From NCBI GenBank assembly GCA_964614865.1, contig CAZTNO010000001.1, positions 1-44,638 on the forward strand: a stretch of 44,638 bases of DNA, in the 5' to 3' direction. Source of the stretch: an uncultured Clostridia bacterium. Its GTDB lineage: Bacteria; Acidobacteriota; Aminicenantia; UBA2199. The notes below the pieces were generated by a model. It was given only the letters and a program-made list of their open reading frames with translations. It had not been told where the DNA came from and did no database searches. The position numbers were made by a program, and so were the translations under genes. This document shows, piece by piece, positions 18,879 to 26,873 of the stretch; position 1 is the first letter of the stretch; every line of letters begins with the position of its first letter.

Positions 18879-18907
18879 TTGACGGCCGCCGGTCGGTCCA
18901 GTATACT
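18879..18907 (+). promoter_or_regulatory. Near-consensus sigma70 promoter for the downstream hypothetical gene
   Basis: TTGACG (18879-18884), 17 nt spacer, TATACT (18902-18907). Confidence 0.5.
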
Positions 18908-18982
18908 GGGGGCGGACCTGGCCGATTGTCCTCCGCTGGGCGGGGGTTTTTTTTTCGGCCCGCCGTCCAGGAGCCCCGATCC

Positions 18983-19429
18983 GTGTGGAAAGACCGACTG
19001 CTGAAACTTCTGAGGTTGCGGGACAAGGGGGTCGTCTTCCGTCCCCAGCTCTACGACTTCCTCTACGTGCCCGACAAACACTCGGTGGGCTTGATCACCG
19101 AAATGAAGAACTCCGAGACCTACGGGGTGGCGTTCTTCCCCTCCCTGAACAACAACGAGAATTTTCACGCCCCCGTCCCCTTCAACGCCAAGACCACCCT
19201 GGTCATCCCCAGTTTCGAGAACCTGCTGTCGTTCGGCCACCAGCTGATGAAGCGGGAGAACTGGAGCAGTACCCATCCCGACGTCGTCACTTCGGAAACG
19301 TCTCCGCAGGGGGCCTGGAAGTTCAAGCTGTACGGGCGCATCACCTCACGCTTCAAGACCGCCGGTGACCTCTCCGACTACGACACCCTGCTCGAATTGA
19401 TCGCCGCCATGGTCAACCGGGGCGAATAA
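18983..19429 (+). CDS. Hypothetical protein with no family recognised
   Basis: The only long ORF here. GTG 18983 has AGGAG 9 nt upstream. The listed TTG 18926 start would translate a T9 tract. By eye, codon usage is more A/T-rich than in the neighbours. Confidence 0.45.
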   Translation: MWKDRLLKLLRLRDKGVVFRPQLYDFLYVPDKHSVGLITEMKNSETYGVAFFPSLNNNENFHAPVPFNAKTTLVIPSFENLLSFGHQLMKRENWSSTHPDVVTSETSPQGAWKFKLYGRITSRFKTAGDLSDYDTLLELIAAMVNRGE

Positions 19430-19433
19430 CCCC

Positions 19434-20852
19434 CTACCAGGCGATCAGCACCGGCGGGATCAGCAGCAGGAAGCTGAGCCCCATCAAAACCAGCATCAAC
19501 GGCAAAAACCAGCGCGCCCACCGTTCCCAGGGTATTCCCGCCACCGCCAGCACCCCCATGGTTACCGCCGATGTGGGCAGGATGGGGTTGACGAACTCGC
19601 AGAGCTGGAATGCCAGCACCGTGGTTTGCGGCGTGATGCCCACCAGGTCGCCCAGGGGGGCCATGATGGGCATGGTCAGGGAGGCCTGGGCCGTTCCCGA
19701 GTGGATGAAGAAGTTGATACCCGATTGCACCAGAAACATCACCTGGGCGGTGAGGAACTGCGGCAGGTGGGCGATCCCCGCCGCGGCCCCGGCCAGGATC
19801 GGATCGAGGATCTTGCCTTCCTGGGCGACGATCAGGATGGCCCGGCCGCCGGCGATCACGAAGGCCACGCCGACCATGTCTTTTGCTCCCGAGATCATCC
19901 CCTGCACGATCGTTCCCGGTCGCTGCCCGCCGACCAGGCCGGCGACGATGCCCATGCCCAGAAACAGGGCGGCGATCTCGTCGATAAACCACTGGTAGCG
20001 CAGGATGCCGAACACCAGCAGGCCCAAAGTGAGCAGGAAGACGGCCATCACCGCCGAGTGCCTCCCCCTCCAGGCCGGCATGGGCCCGGTGGGGTCGGTG
20101 GCGAGTACGAGGCGCTCCCGGTCGATGTCGGCCACCGGGCTCAGCGCCGGATTCTTGCGGATGCGGCGGGCGTAGATCATGACCGCCAGGATCATCACCG
20201 CCGTGCTGATGCTCCAGGCGATCAGGCGGTAGGTGAGCCCCGAAAAGAGGGGCACTCCGCTCAATGCCTGGGCGATCCCCACCGTGAAGGGGTTGAAGAA
20301 CGCGGCGGCGAATCCGGCGGCGGCGCCCAAAAAGGGGATGGCCACGCCGACGATCGAGTCGTACCCGAGCGAGAGGGCCAGCGGGATAAAGATCGGAATG
20401 AAGGCGATCGTCTCTTCCGACATGCCGAAAATCGACCCTGCCAGGGAAAAGATCACCATCAGCAGCGGGATCACCACCATCTGCCAGCGAGGGTGCTGGG
20501 AGAGGGCGCGGGCCAGCCGCCGGATGGCCAGGTCGAAGGCCCCGGTGGCCTGCAAGACCGTGAAGGCGCCGCCGATGACGAACAGGAATACGATGATCTG
20601 CATGCCCGAGGCGAATCCGCGGATCGGCGCGGTGAGCAGGATCTCGAGCCCGACGGGGGGCTGCTCGACAGGGTGGAACGAGCCCGGGACGGGGACCAGA
20701 CGGGTTTCGCCGCCGACCTCGCGGGAAATCCGGGTGAATTCGCCTGCCGGGATCAGCCAGGTCAAAACGACCATCAGGATCACCAGCAGGTACATCAGCA
20801 CTACCGGATGGGGGATGGCGAACTTCGCGGAGCGGGGCGAAGTCGGGGTCAT
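19434..20852 (-). CDS. YfcC-family / DcuC-like anaerobic C4-dicarboxylate-carrier superfamily membrane transporter
   Basis: N-terminal FAIPHPVVLMYLLVILMVVLTWLIPAGEF is characteristic of YfcC-family proteins. About 12 TM segments. The start overlaps the trxC stop. Confidence 0.75.
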   Translation of the reverse strand: MTPTSPRSAKFAIPHPVVLMYLLVILMVVLTWLIPAGEFTRISREVGGETRLVPVPGSFHPVEQPPVGLEILLTAPIRGFASGMQIIVFLFVIGGAFTVLQATGAFDLAIRRLARALSQHPRWQMVVIPLLMVIFSLAGSIFGMSEETIAFIPIFIPLALSLGYDSIVGVAIPFLGAAAGFAAAFFNPFTVGIAQALSGVPLFSGLTYRLIAWSISTAVMILAVMIYARRIRKNPALSPVADIDRERLVLATDPTGPMPAWRGRHSAVMAVFLLTLGLLVFGILRYQWFIDEIAALFLGMGIVAGLVGGQRPGTIVQGMISGAKDMVGVAFVIAGGRAILIVAQEGKILDPILAGAAAGIAHLPQFLTAQVMFLVQSGINFFIHSGTAQASLTMPIMAPLGDLVGITPQTTVLAFQLCEFVNPILPTSAVTMGVLAVAGIPWERWARWFLPLMLVLMGLSFLLLIPPVLIAW

Positions 20853-21289
20853 TCCGCCTCTCCGATCCAGGGGGCGAATGCCTTGCGCAGGTCGCTCAGC
20901 GAGAGAACGCCCGAGATCCGCTGTTGCTCGGTGCCGTTCACGAACAGCACCAGGGTCGGCACGCTCTGGATGGCAAAACTGTCGCGGAGCTTTTCAGCCG
21001 TGTCGATGTCGAGTTTGCCCACCCGGATGCCGGGATTCTCGGCGGCGAACTGGGCGAGGAGGGGGGCGAACAGGCGACAGGGGCCGCACCAGGTGGCCCA
21101 GAAATCGACCAGCGCGGGGCGGCGGTCACTGGTCAGAAAAGGGGGGAAGGTTTCGGCAGTCAGATCGATCGGCGGGGCCCCCTGCTCGGGCAGGGGTTGC
21201 CGGCACTTGCCACAGACGGGACGGCCGGGGTGGGGGGTGGCGATGCGGTTTTTGCCACCGCAATGGGGGCAGGTGACGATCGGGGGCAT
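20849..21289 (-). CDS. trxC: Thioredoxin 2 (N-terminal zinc finger plus thioredoxin fold)
   Basis: CPHCGGKN...CGKCRQPL zinc-finger motifs followed by the WATWCGPCR active site. Confidence 0.9.
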   Translation of the reverse strand: MPPIVTCPHCGGKNRIATPHPGRPVCGKCRQPLPEQGAPPIDLTAETFPPFLTSDRRPALVDFWATWCGPCRLFAPLLAQFAAENPGIRVGKLDIDTAEKLRDSFAIQSVPTLVLFVNGTEQQRISGVLSLSDLRKAFAPWIGEAE

Positions 21290-21310
21290 GGGGCTCCTCC
21301 TGGGCTGATG

Positions 21311-22489
21311 TCAACGGTTGTGGGTCATGTCGGCCAAGGCGCGGGCACAGCGCAGCAGCGCCTGGCGAAGGTTTGGGTCGGGCTCGGTTTCGGCGGCGAT
21401 CTGCACGTCCCGCCAGCTGGCGGTATGCTCGAGTTCCACCAGGGCATTTGCCGCGGCCAAACGCACCGAAGGGGCCCGGTCGCGCAAGTTGCCGGCGATC
21501 CGCTCTTTGGCTCCCCAGCTGCGTATCTCCAGCAGGGTGGCAATGGCCGCCCGTTTCTGGTCCGGGTCGGAGTTCTTGATCGAGCTGCCGATCGCTTGAA
21601 AGCAGGCCGTTTCCTTGGCCCGCAGGAAAGAGTCGAACAGCGATTCGGTTGCCGTTCGCCGGGGCCGGACCACGGAGGGCGAATAGGTGACCAGCTCCCG
21701 GCGCAGGGTCCAGCGGACCATGCGCGGGACCATCCAGCGCAGCCCGGGGGTGTTCTCGGGGTGGCCCACCGACAGGAAGACGCGGCCCTTGCCGGCTTCG
21801 CCCCAGGCCAGAAAGGTTTTGCCGGGGGTGAGCCCTTTGGGCGCGTCGTTTTCCAGGTAAACATCGCTTTGCATGGTCGCCAGGGGGGTGAACGGGGCGC
21901 CCCCCTCTTTGGCAACCAGCACCGGCCCCTCGAAGTACTGCATGAAGGCCTGCCCCATTCCGGCGAATTCGGGGAACACCTCGATGGCCGCCGGGGTCAG
22001 GGCGAAGCGGACCAGCCCATGCCCCCGCTCGTCGTGTTCGCGGTCGATGGCCTCCAGCCCGGCGAGGCGAAAGCACGTGTAGTCGGGGGTGTCGGAGAGC
22101 ATGTAACTGCCGGCGCACAAGCCCACCACCCCCTTTCCCCGCTCCCGCACAAAAGCCAGCACCTTTTCCTGCCCCAGGGCACCCAGGTTGTCCATTTGCC
22201 TCATCCCCCCGCCACCGGGAAAGACCAGGGCCTCGCAGCGGTCCAGTTCGCCCCGGACGATATCTGCGGCGGTGACGATCACGGGGTCGATGGCGGAATC
22301 GATCTTCAGCGCCTCGACCGCATCGGACAAACACTCGGGATCGGCCCCGAGGCCTGAAAAGACGGCCACTCTAAACTGCGGCGCCGGAACAGACCGGTTT
22401 TCTCCCTCCTCGCTGGCGGCGAAAGCGAGCGCTGCCACCAGCAGGAGGGTTGCGGTCACCCCGGACCCGATTTTTCGATGGGTATTCAT
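21311..22489 (-). CDS. Secreted BPL_N-like (class I glutamine-amidotransferase-like fold) protein with C-terminal HEAT repeats
   Basis: Signal peptide ...LLLVAALAFA. The block VAVFSGLG...LVFPGGGG...VVGLCAGSYM resembles BPL_N/GATase1-like domains. The C-terminal PSVRLAAANALVELEH is HEAT-like. Confidence 0.5.
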   Translation of the reverse strand: MNTHRKIGSGVTATLLLVAALAFAASEEGENRSVPAPQFRVAVFSGLGADPECLSDAVEALKIDSAIDPVIVTAADIVRGELDRCEALVFPGGGGMRQMDNLGALGQEKVLAFVRERGKGVVGLCAGSYMLSDTPDYTCFRLAGLEAIDREHDERGHGLVRFALTPAAIEVFPEFAGMGQAFMQYFEGPVLVAKEGGAPFTPLATMQSDVYLENDAPKGLTPGKTFLAWGEAGKGRVFLSVGHPENTPGLRWMVPRMVRWTLRRELVTYSPSVVRPRRTATESLFDSFLRAKETACFQAIGSSIKNSDPDQKRAAIATLLEIRSWGAKERIAGNLRDRAPSVRLAAANALVELEHTASWRDVQIAAETEPDPNLRQALLRCARALADMTHNR

Positions 22490-23589
22490 GGTTCACTCCC
22501 CTTGCCTGGAATTGGCTCGATTACGGTTGTGGCGGGACCTGCCAGGGTGGCGAGCCGCTCCAGCAGGGACTCGATGGCCCGGTCGAGGGGGACCCGTTCC
22601 ATGTCCCGGCCGCGCTGGAACAGGAAGCCCTGCTTGCGGGAGAACGCCACCCCCAGGTCGGCTTCGGCGGCCTCGCCCGGCCCGTTGACCTCGCAGCCCA
22701 TCAGGGCCACTTTCAGTGGCAAGTCGCCCAGCCCCCGCCGTCGCACCTCGCCTTCGAACTCCTCGACCCGCGGGATCAGATCGATGCTGGTCCGGCCGCA
22801 GGTGGGGCAGGAGATCACCTCCAGCCCCCGTCGGGAGAGGCCAAGGAAACGCAGGATCATGCGTCCGACCTCCACTTCGCGCAGAGGGTCGGCGGTCAGC
22901 GAGACGCGCAGGGTGTTGCCGATCCCGGCAAGGAGCAGGGGAGCGAGACCCAGCGACGACTTGACCGCGCCCCCCAGCAGGGTGCCGGCCTCGGTCAGCC
23001 CGATGTGCAGCGGGTAATCGCAGGCCTGATCGACGGCCCGGTAGGCGGCGATGGTTTCGCGGACATCGGACGACTTCACCGACAGCTTCAGCAGGGTGAA
23101 CCCCTGGTCTTCGGCCTCATGGACCAGATCCATCAGGGAGTCGACCAGAGCCTGGAGTCGGTTTTTGCCCTCCCTCAGGTGGCGCTTCTCGATCGAGCCC
23201 GAGTTCACCCCCAGTCGCAACGGGACCCGGTGTTCCCCCGCGGCCCGCAGCACGTCGTGGAATCGCTTCGCTCCGCCGATGTTGCCCGGGTTGATGCGCA
23301 CGGCAGCCGCCCCCCGCTCGATGGCGCCGATGGCCAAACGGGCGTCGAAGTGGATGTCGGCGACCACCGGCAGGTCGGATCCCGCGGTGATGGCGGCAAA
23401 GGCCGGTAGCGAGTGCTGGTCGGGCACCGCCACGCGAACGATGTCGCAGCCGGCGCGGGCCAGCGAAGCGATCTGCTGTAAAGTGGTGGCTACATCGCCG
23501 GGGGGGGTGGTGGTCATCGACTGCACCGACACGGGATGGTCGCCGCCGATCCCCACCCGGCCGAGATGGATCTCTCGTTTGCGGCTCAT
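22486..23589 (-). CDS. ispG: 4-hydroxy-3-methylbut-2-en-1-yl diphosphate synthase
   Basis: GGDHPVSVQSMTTT, the RVAVP region, and the SCPTCGRT and MGCEVNGPGE Fe-S cluster motifs. Confidence 0.95.
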   Translation of the reverse strand: MSRKREIHLGRVGIGGDHPVSVQSMTTTPPGDVATTLQQIASLARAGCDIVRVAVPDQHSLPAFAAITAGSDLPVVADIHFDARLAIGAIERGAAAVRINPGNIGGAKRFHDVLRAAGEHRVPLRLGVNSGSIEKRHLREGKNRLQALVDSLMDLVHEAEDQGFTLLKLSVKSSDVRETIAAYRAVDQACDYPLHIGLTEAGTLLGGAVKSSLGLAPLLLAGIGNTLRVSLTADPLREVEVGRMILRFLGLSRRGLEVISCPTCGRTSIDLIPRVEEFEGEVRRRGLGDLPLKVALMGCEVNGPGEAAEADLGVAFSRKQGFLFQRGRDMERVPLDRAIESLLERLATLAGPATTVIEPIPGKGSEP

Positions 23590-25022
23590 CGCTCGGGTTC
23601 GGGCATGCGGATCACCAGCAGCCGGGGTTCGGTCATCTCGGCGATCGCCCAGCGAACCCCTTCCCTCCCCTGGCCCGAATCCTTGACGCCGCCGTAGGGC
23701 ATCGGGTCGAGTCGCCAGGCGGGGACTTCGTTGGCCATCACCCCGCCCACTTCCAGCGTTTCGAAGGCGGTAAAGATTCGCCCCACATCGCGGGTGAACA
23801 CCCCAGCCTGCAAGCCGAAATCGCTGTCGTTGACCCGACGCAGGGCGTCGGAAAAGTCGTCGTAGGGGGTGACGGTGACCAGCGGGGCAAAGACCTCGCG
23901 GCAGTTCACCTCCAGGTCAGCTCGGGCTCCGGTGATCACCGTCGGGGTCATCACCGCCCCGTGGATCTCGCCCCCGGCAAGGACGGTAGCCCCCGCCCGC
24001 CGGGCCGAGGACAGAAATCGGGCCAGGCGTTGGCCGTCCTTTTCGCTGATCAGCGAGCAGAGATCGCTGGTTTCGTCGAGAGGATGGCCCGTTTTCAGCG
24101 CCGCGACCCGGGGCAAAAACGAGGTCAGGAAACGGTCGAACACCGAGGTGTGGACCAGGATGCGCTGCACCGAAATGCAGCTCTGGCCCGAAAACCAGAA
24201 ACCACCCTGAACGCAACGCTCGGCGGCGTGGTCGATTTCGGCGTCGCCATGCACGATCACCGCGGCATTGCCACCCAGTTCCAGGGTCACCCGCTTCTTG
24301 CCCGCCCGCCGTTTCAGGTCCCAGCCGACTTCGGCCGAGCCGGTGAAGGTGAGCATGCGGAAACGCGCGTCTTCGGCCAGCGGCGCGGCCAGAGTGGCAT
24401 CGAGGGGCAATACTGTCAAACCGCCTTCCGGCAAGCCGCTTTCGGCGGCGATTTCTGCCAGGGCCAGGGCGCTGAGTGGGGTCTGCGATGCGGGTTTGAG
24501 CACCAGCGGGCAGCCGGCAGCGATGGCCGGGGCGAGTTTGTGGGCCACCTGGTTGAGGGGGAAGTTGAAGGGGGTGATGGCGGCGACCGGACCCAGCGGG
24601 AACCGGCGCAGGATCGCCTGCCGGCCAAGCCCGGCCGGGGCGACCTCCATCGGCACGACTTCTGCCGGGATGCGCACGGCTTCCTCGGCGGCACCGGCAA
24701 AAATCGACTGCGAACGGTTGACCTCGATGCGGGCCTGGCGGATCGGTTTTGCCGCCTCCAGCGCCATTCTTTCTGCCAACTCTTCGGCCCGACCGGCAAT
24801 TCCAGCGGCGATCCGGCGTAAAATATCGGCTCTGTGGAAGGGGGGGAGCCGGGACATGGCCCCGGCGGCGGCCACGGCCCGATCTGTGGCTTCGGCCAGG
24901 TGGCTGGCGTCGGCGAAGTGGGCGACCCCGGCCTCGCTCCCGTCGTAGGGGCAACGGATCGTGCGCGGGCTCCCCTTCCTCCGGTCGCCGGCCAAAAACA
25001 TCAGTGTTTCTTTCGGGGGCAT
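23586..25022 (-). CDS. NAD(P)-dependent aldehyde dehydrogenase family protein
   Basis: Catalytic Glu in LELGGNAAVIV and catalytic Cys in FWFSGQSCISVQR. A Shine-Dalgarno-like AGGAAG lies upstream of ATG 25022. The stop overlaps the ispG start. Confidence 0.85.
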   Translation of the reverse strand: MPPKETLMFLAGDRRKGSPRTIRCPYDGSEAGVAHFADASHLAEATDRAVAAAGAMSRLPPFHRADILRRIAAGIAGRAEELAERMALEAAKPIRQARIEVNRSQSIFAGAAEEAVRIPAEVVPMEVAPAGLGRQAILRRFPLGPVAAITPFNFPLNQVAHKLAPAIAAGCPLVLKPASQTPLSALALAEIAAESGLPEGGLTVLPLDATLAAPLAEDARFRMLTFTGSAEVGWDLKRRAGKKRVTLELGGNAAVIVHGDAEIDHAAERCVQGGFWFSGQSCISVQRILVHTSVFDRFLTSFLPRVAALKTGHPLDETSDLCSLISEKDGQRLARFLSSARRAGATVLAGGEIHGAVMTPTVITGARADLEVNCREVFAPLVTVTPYDDFSDALRRVNDSDFGLQAGVFTRDVGRIFTAFETLEVGGVMANEVPAWRLDPMPYGGVKDSGQGREGVRWAIAEMTEPRLLVIRMPEPER

Positions 25023-25050
25023 GGGCTCTTCCTCGAAACGGTGCTGCCCT

Positions 25051-25698
25051 CTAGAGGCGGAAGGCGAGGCCTGCCAAAACCGCCGGACTCCACGAGGTCG
25101 GCTTCACCCCCAGGTAGGCGTGGCGCACGCTGACGACCAGCGCCAGGTTGCGGGAAAGGGCCCCTTCGGCCCGCACACCGACAAAGAGCGTCGCACACGC
25201 CTTGGCCTCCGGAGGGGCGATGATGGTGCGGCTACCTAGCCTCGACACCAACACTTGCTTGCCGGTGCCGGTGAGGAAGGCCAGCCCGACTCCGGCCTGG
25301 ACGGCGACTTCGATTCGCCGCCCCGAAATCAGCCGGGTCTGGGCGGTCAATCCGGCTCTCATCTGCCCGGCGGTGTCGGCGACAACCGTGTCGAGATCGC
25401 TGGGATCCTCCATGGTGGCTTGGCCTCCGGGGATCAGCCAACCCTCCAATCCGAGCTGAAAAATGTTTCCCACCGGCAAGGCGATCGCCAGACCGATCTG
25501 GGGGAGGCGGTGGGCGCGGATGATGGCGAAGTCGTTGCTGCCAAACTCGTACTTTGCGGCCGAACCCTGATCGGGGAGGAACGAGATTCCGCCCCAGGCA
25601 GTCACGATGGGCTTTTTGCCGGCGGCGGTCAGGGGCAGCATGGTGGTCAGGCAGATCAGCGCGATCCAGCCCAATCGGCTGGCGGGGCTACGGGTCAT
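25051..25698 (-). CDS. Putative small outer-membrane beta-barrel protein
   Basis: Signal peptide (LICLTTMLPLTAAG), then an alternating hydrophobic/polar pattern rich in G/A/L consistent with beta strands. Its start is 1 nt from the protease stop. Confidence 0.45.
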   Translation of the reverse strand: MTRSPASRLGWIALICLTTMLPLTAAGKKPIVTAWGGISFLPDQGSAAKYEFGSNDFAIIRAHRLPQIGLAIALPVGNIFQLGLEGWLIPGGQATMEDPSDLDTVVADTAGQMRAGLTAQTRLISGRRIEVAVQAGVGLAFLTGTGKQVLVSRLGSRTIIAPPEAKACATLFVGVRAEGALSRNLALVVSVRHAYLGVKPTSWSPAVLAGLAFRL

Positions 25699-25699
25699 G

Positions 25700-26665
25700 T
25701 CACACCCCCTCGACGCCGCGCTTGGTGGCTTTCATGCCCGTCAGGCGCAGCACCCACTCGGCAAAGCCCGAGGTGCCCATGCGGATGCGAAAGTAGCCCC
25801 GGTCGCCCCAGGATGCTCCCCACGAGTTCTTGACGATCCAGCAGTTCTCGGCATCGTCGTAGCCGCACAACACCACGAAATGCCCCCCTTCGTACTGCCC
25901 GGCGGCGGTGGGGGCGTAGACTCCGTCCCGATAGTAGTAGAGATCGGAATAGACCTCCATCCAGGCGGCCAGTGGCCCCTGTTGCAGGGCGCTCCGGATC
26001 GCCGCCCGATCCTCCCCCCCCTGGCAGACCCAGTTCACGGTCGAGGCGCGGAAGGTGCGGTCCTGCCAATCCTCGCAGGGATCGCAGGGGTCGTCTTGTG
26101 CGGTGTAGGGTTGACAGGACTCGGGGGCGACTCCCGACTGCCGCAGATAGGTGGCGGCATCCCAGGCGTACCCTCCGTCGCAATCTCCGCCATTCGAGCA
26201 CGACAGGAGTTGTTGCTCCGACAAATCGGGGACGACGTCGGGGCGCTGGTGTTCGATGCGGAAGATGGTTTCGGCCAGCCCGACGACGGCGAACACCCAG
26301 CACGAACCGCAGGTGCGCTGGTCTTTCACCGGGGTCAGCCAGTTGGTCCCCTGGTGGTTGCGCCAGTCGATGGCGGGGGGAAGGAGCGCCGCTCTCGCCG
26401 ACGGCGACACCGCGGCGGGGTCGAATAGCGGAGTGCGGGCCCCCGGCAAGCGACGGCGCAGGGTCAGGGGGAGGGAACTCACCTCGGAGGGGGCGGCCGT
26501 CCAGCACTGTCCTTCGTGGGCGATGGCCTGGCGGATGCGTTGCAGTTCGGTTGTTTCTGCGTCGAAGGGGAGGGGCTCTTCAGCTGCGACAAAACCGCTG
26601 CCGATGGGGGCCAGCAGGATCATCGCCGCCGCCAGCAAGCGCAGCGACCGGAGTTGCTGTTTCAT
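25700..26665 (-). CDS. Secreted papain-like cysteine peptidase (family C1)
   Basis: Signal peptide MKQQLRSLRLLAAAMILLAPIGSG. Catalytic triad context: DQRTCGSCWVFA (Cys), GGHFVVLCGYDD (His), VKNSWGASWGDRGYFRI (Asn). The listed ORF start at 27289 is an upstream extension overlapping the next gene on the opposite strand. Confidence 0.85.
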   Translation of the reverse strand: MKQQLRSLRLLAAAMILLAPIGSGFVAAEEPLPFDAETTELQRIRQAIAHEGQCWTAAPSEVSSLPLTLRRRLPGARTPLFDPAAVSPSARAALLPPAIDWRNHQGTNWLTPVKDQRTCGSCWVFAVVGLAETIFRIEHQRPDVVPDLSEQQLLSCSNGGDCDGGYAWDAATYLRQSGVAPESCQPYTAQDDPCDPCEDWQDRTFRASTVNWVCQGGEDRAAIRSALQQGPLAAWMEVYSDLYYYRDGVYAPTAAGQYEGGHFVVLCGYDDAENCWIVKNSWGASWGDRGYFRIRMGTSGFAEWVLRLTGMKATKRGVEGV

Positions 26666-26838
26666 GTGTGTGGATCTCCCTGGTTGGATTGAAGTGGCGG
26701 CAACGGGGAAAAACGCCCCCCGGCTTGGCCAGCGGGGGTCACCCCGTTTCTCCGATAGGGCAGGTCGTTGCCATGGCCCGATGGTACCACCGGACCGCCC
26801 GAAATGGAAGGGGTTTGCCGCCTCTGGGATTGATTGAA

Positions 26839-26868
26839 TTGACAACCCCGCACCCCGTTTTTTATAAT
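26839..26868 (+). promoter_or_regulatory. Consensus sigma70 promoter abutting the ATG of the alkaline-phosphatase-family gene
   Basis: TTGACA (26839-26844), 18 nt spacer, TATAAT (26863-26868), then 5 nt to ATG 26874. Confidence 0.5.
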
Positions 26869-26873
26869 ACGGG

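Noticed and set aside
18936-18955. The GC-rich segment plus T9 run, considered as an intrinsic terminator of an upstream plus-strand gene
   Set aside because: The nearest plus-strand gene ends over 400 nt upstream, at 18507. The stem immediately before the T-run is only 4 bp. The stronger pairing (GGCGGG/CCCGCC) places the T-run in the loop. I kept it only as a leader feature of the downstream ORF.
19626-22357. Long plus-strand ORFs (560 aa, 347 aa, 477 aa) across the yfcC/trxC/BPL_N region
   Set aside because: They are antisense to genes with clear signatures (YfcC N-terminus, WCGPC, BPL_N block). Their composition is extremely R/G/D/H/P-rich.
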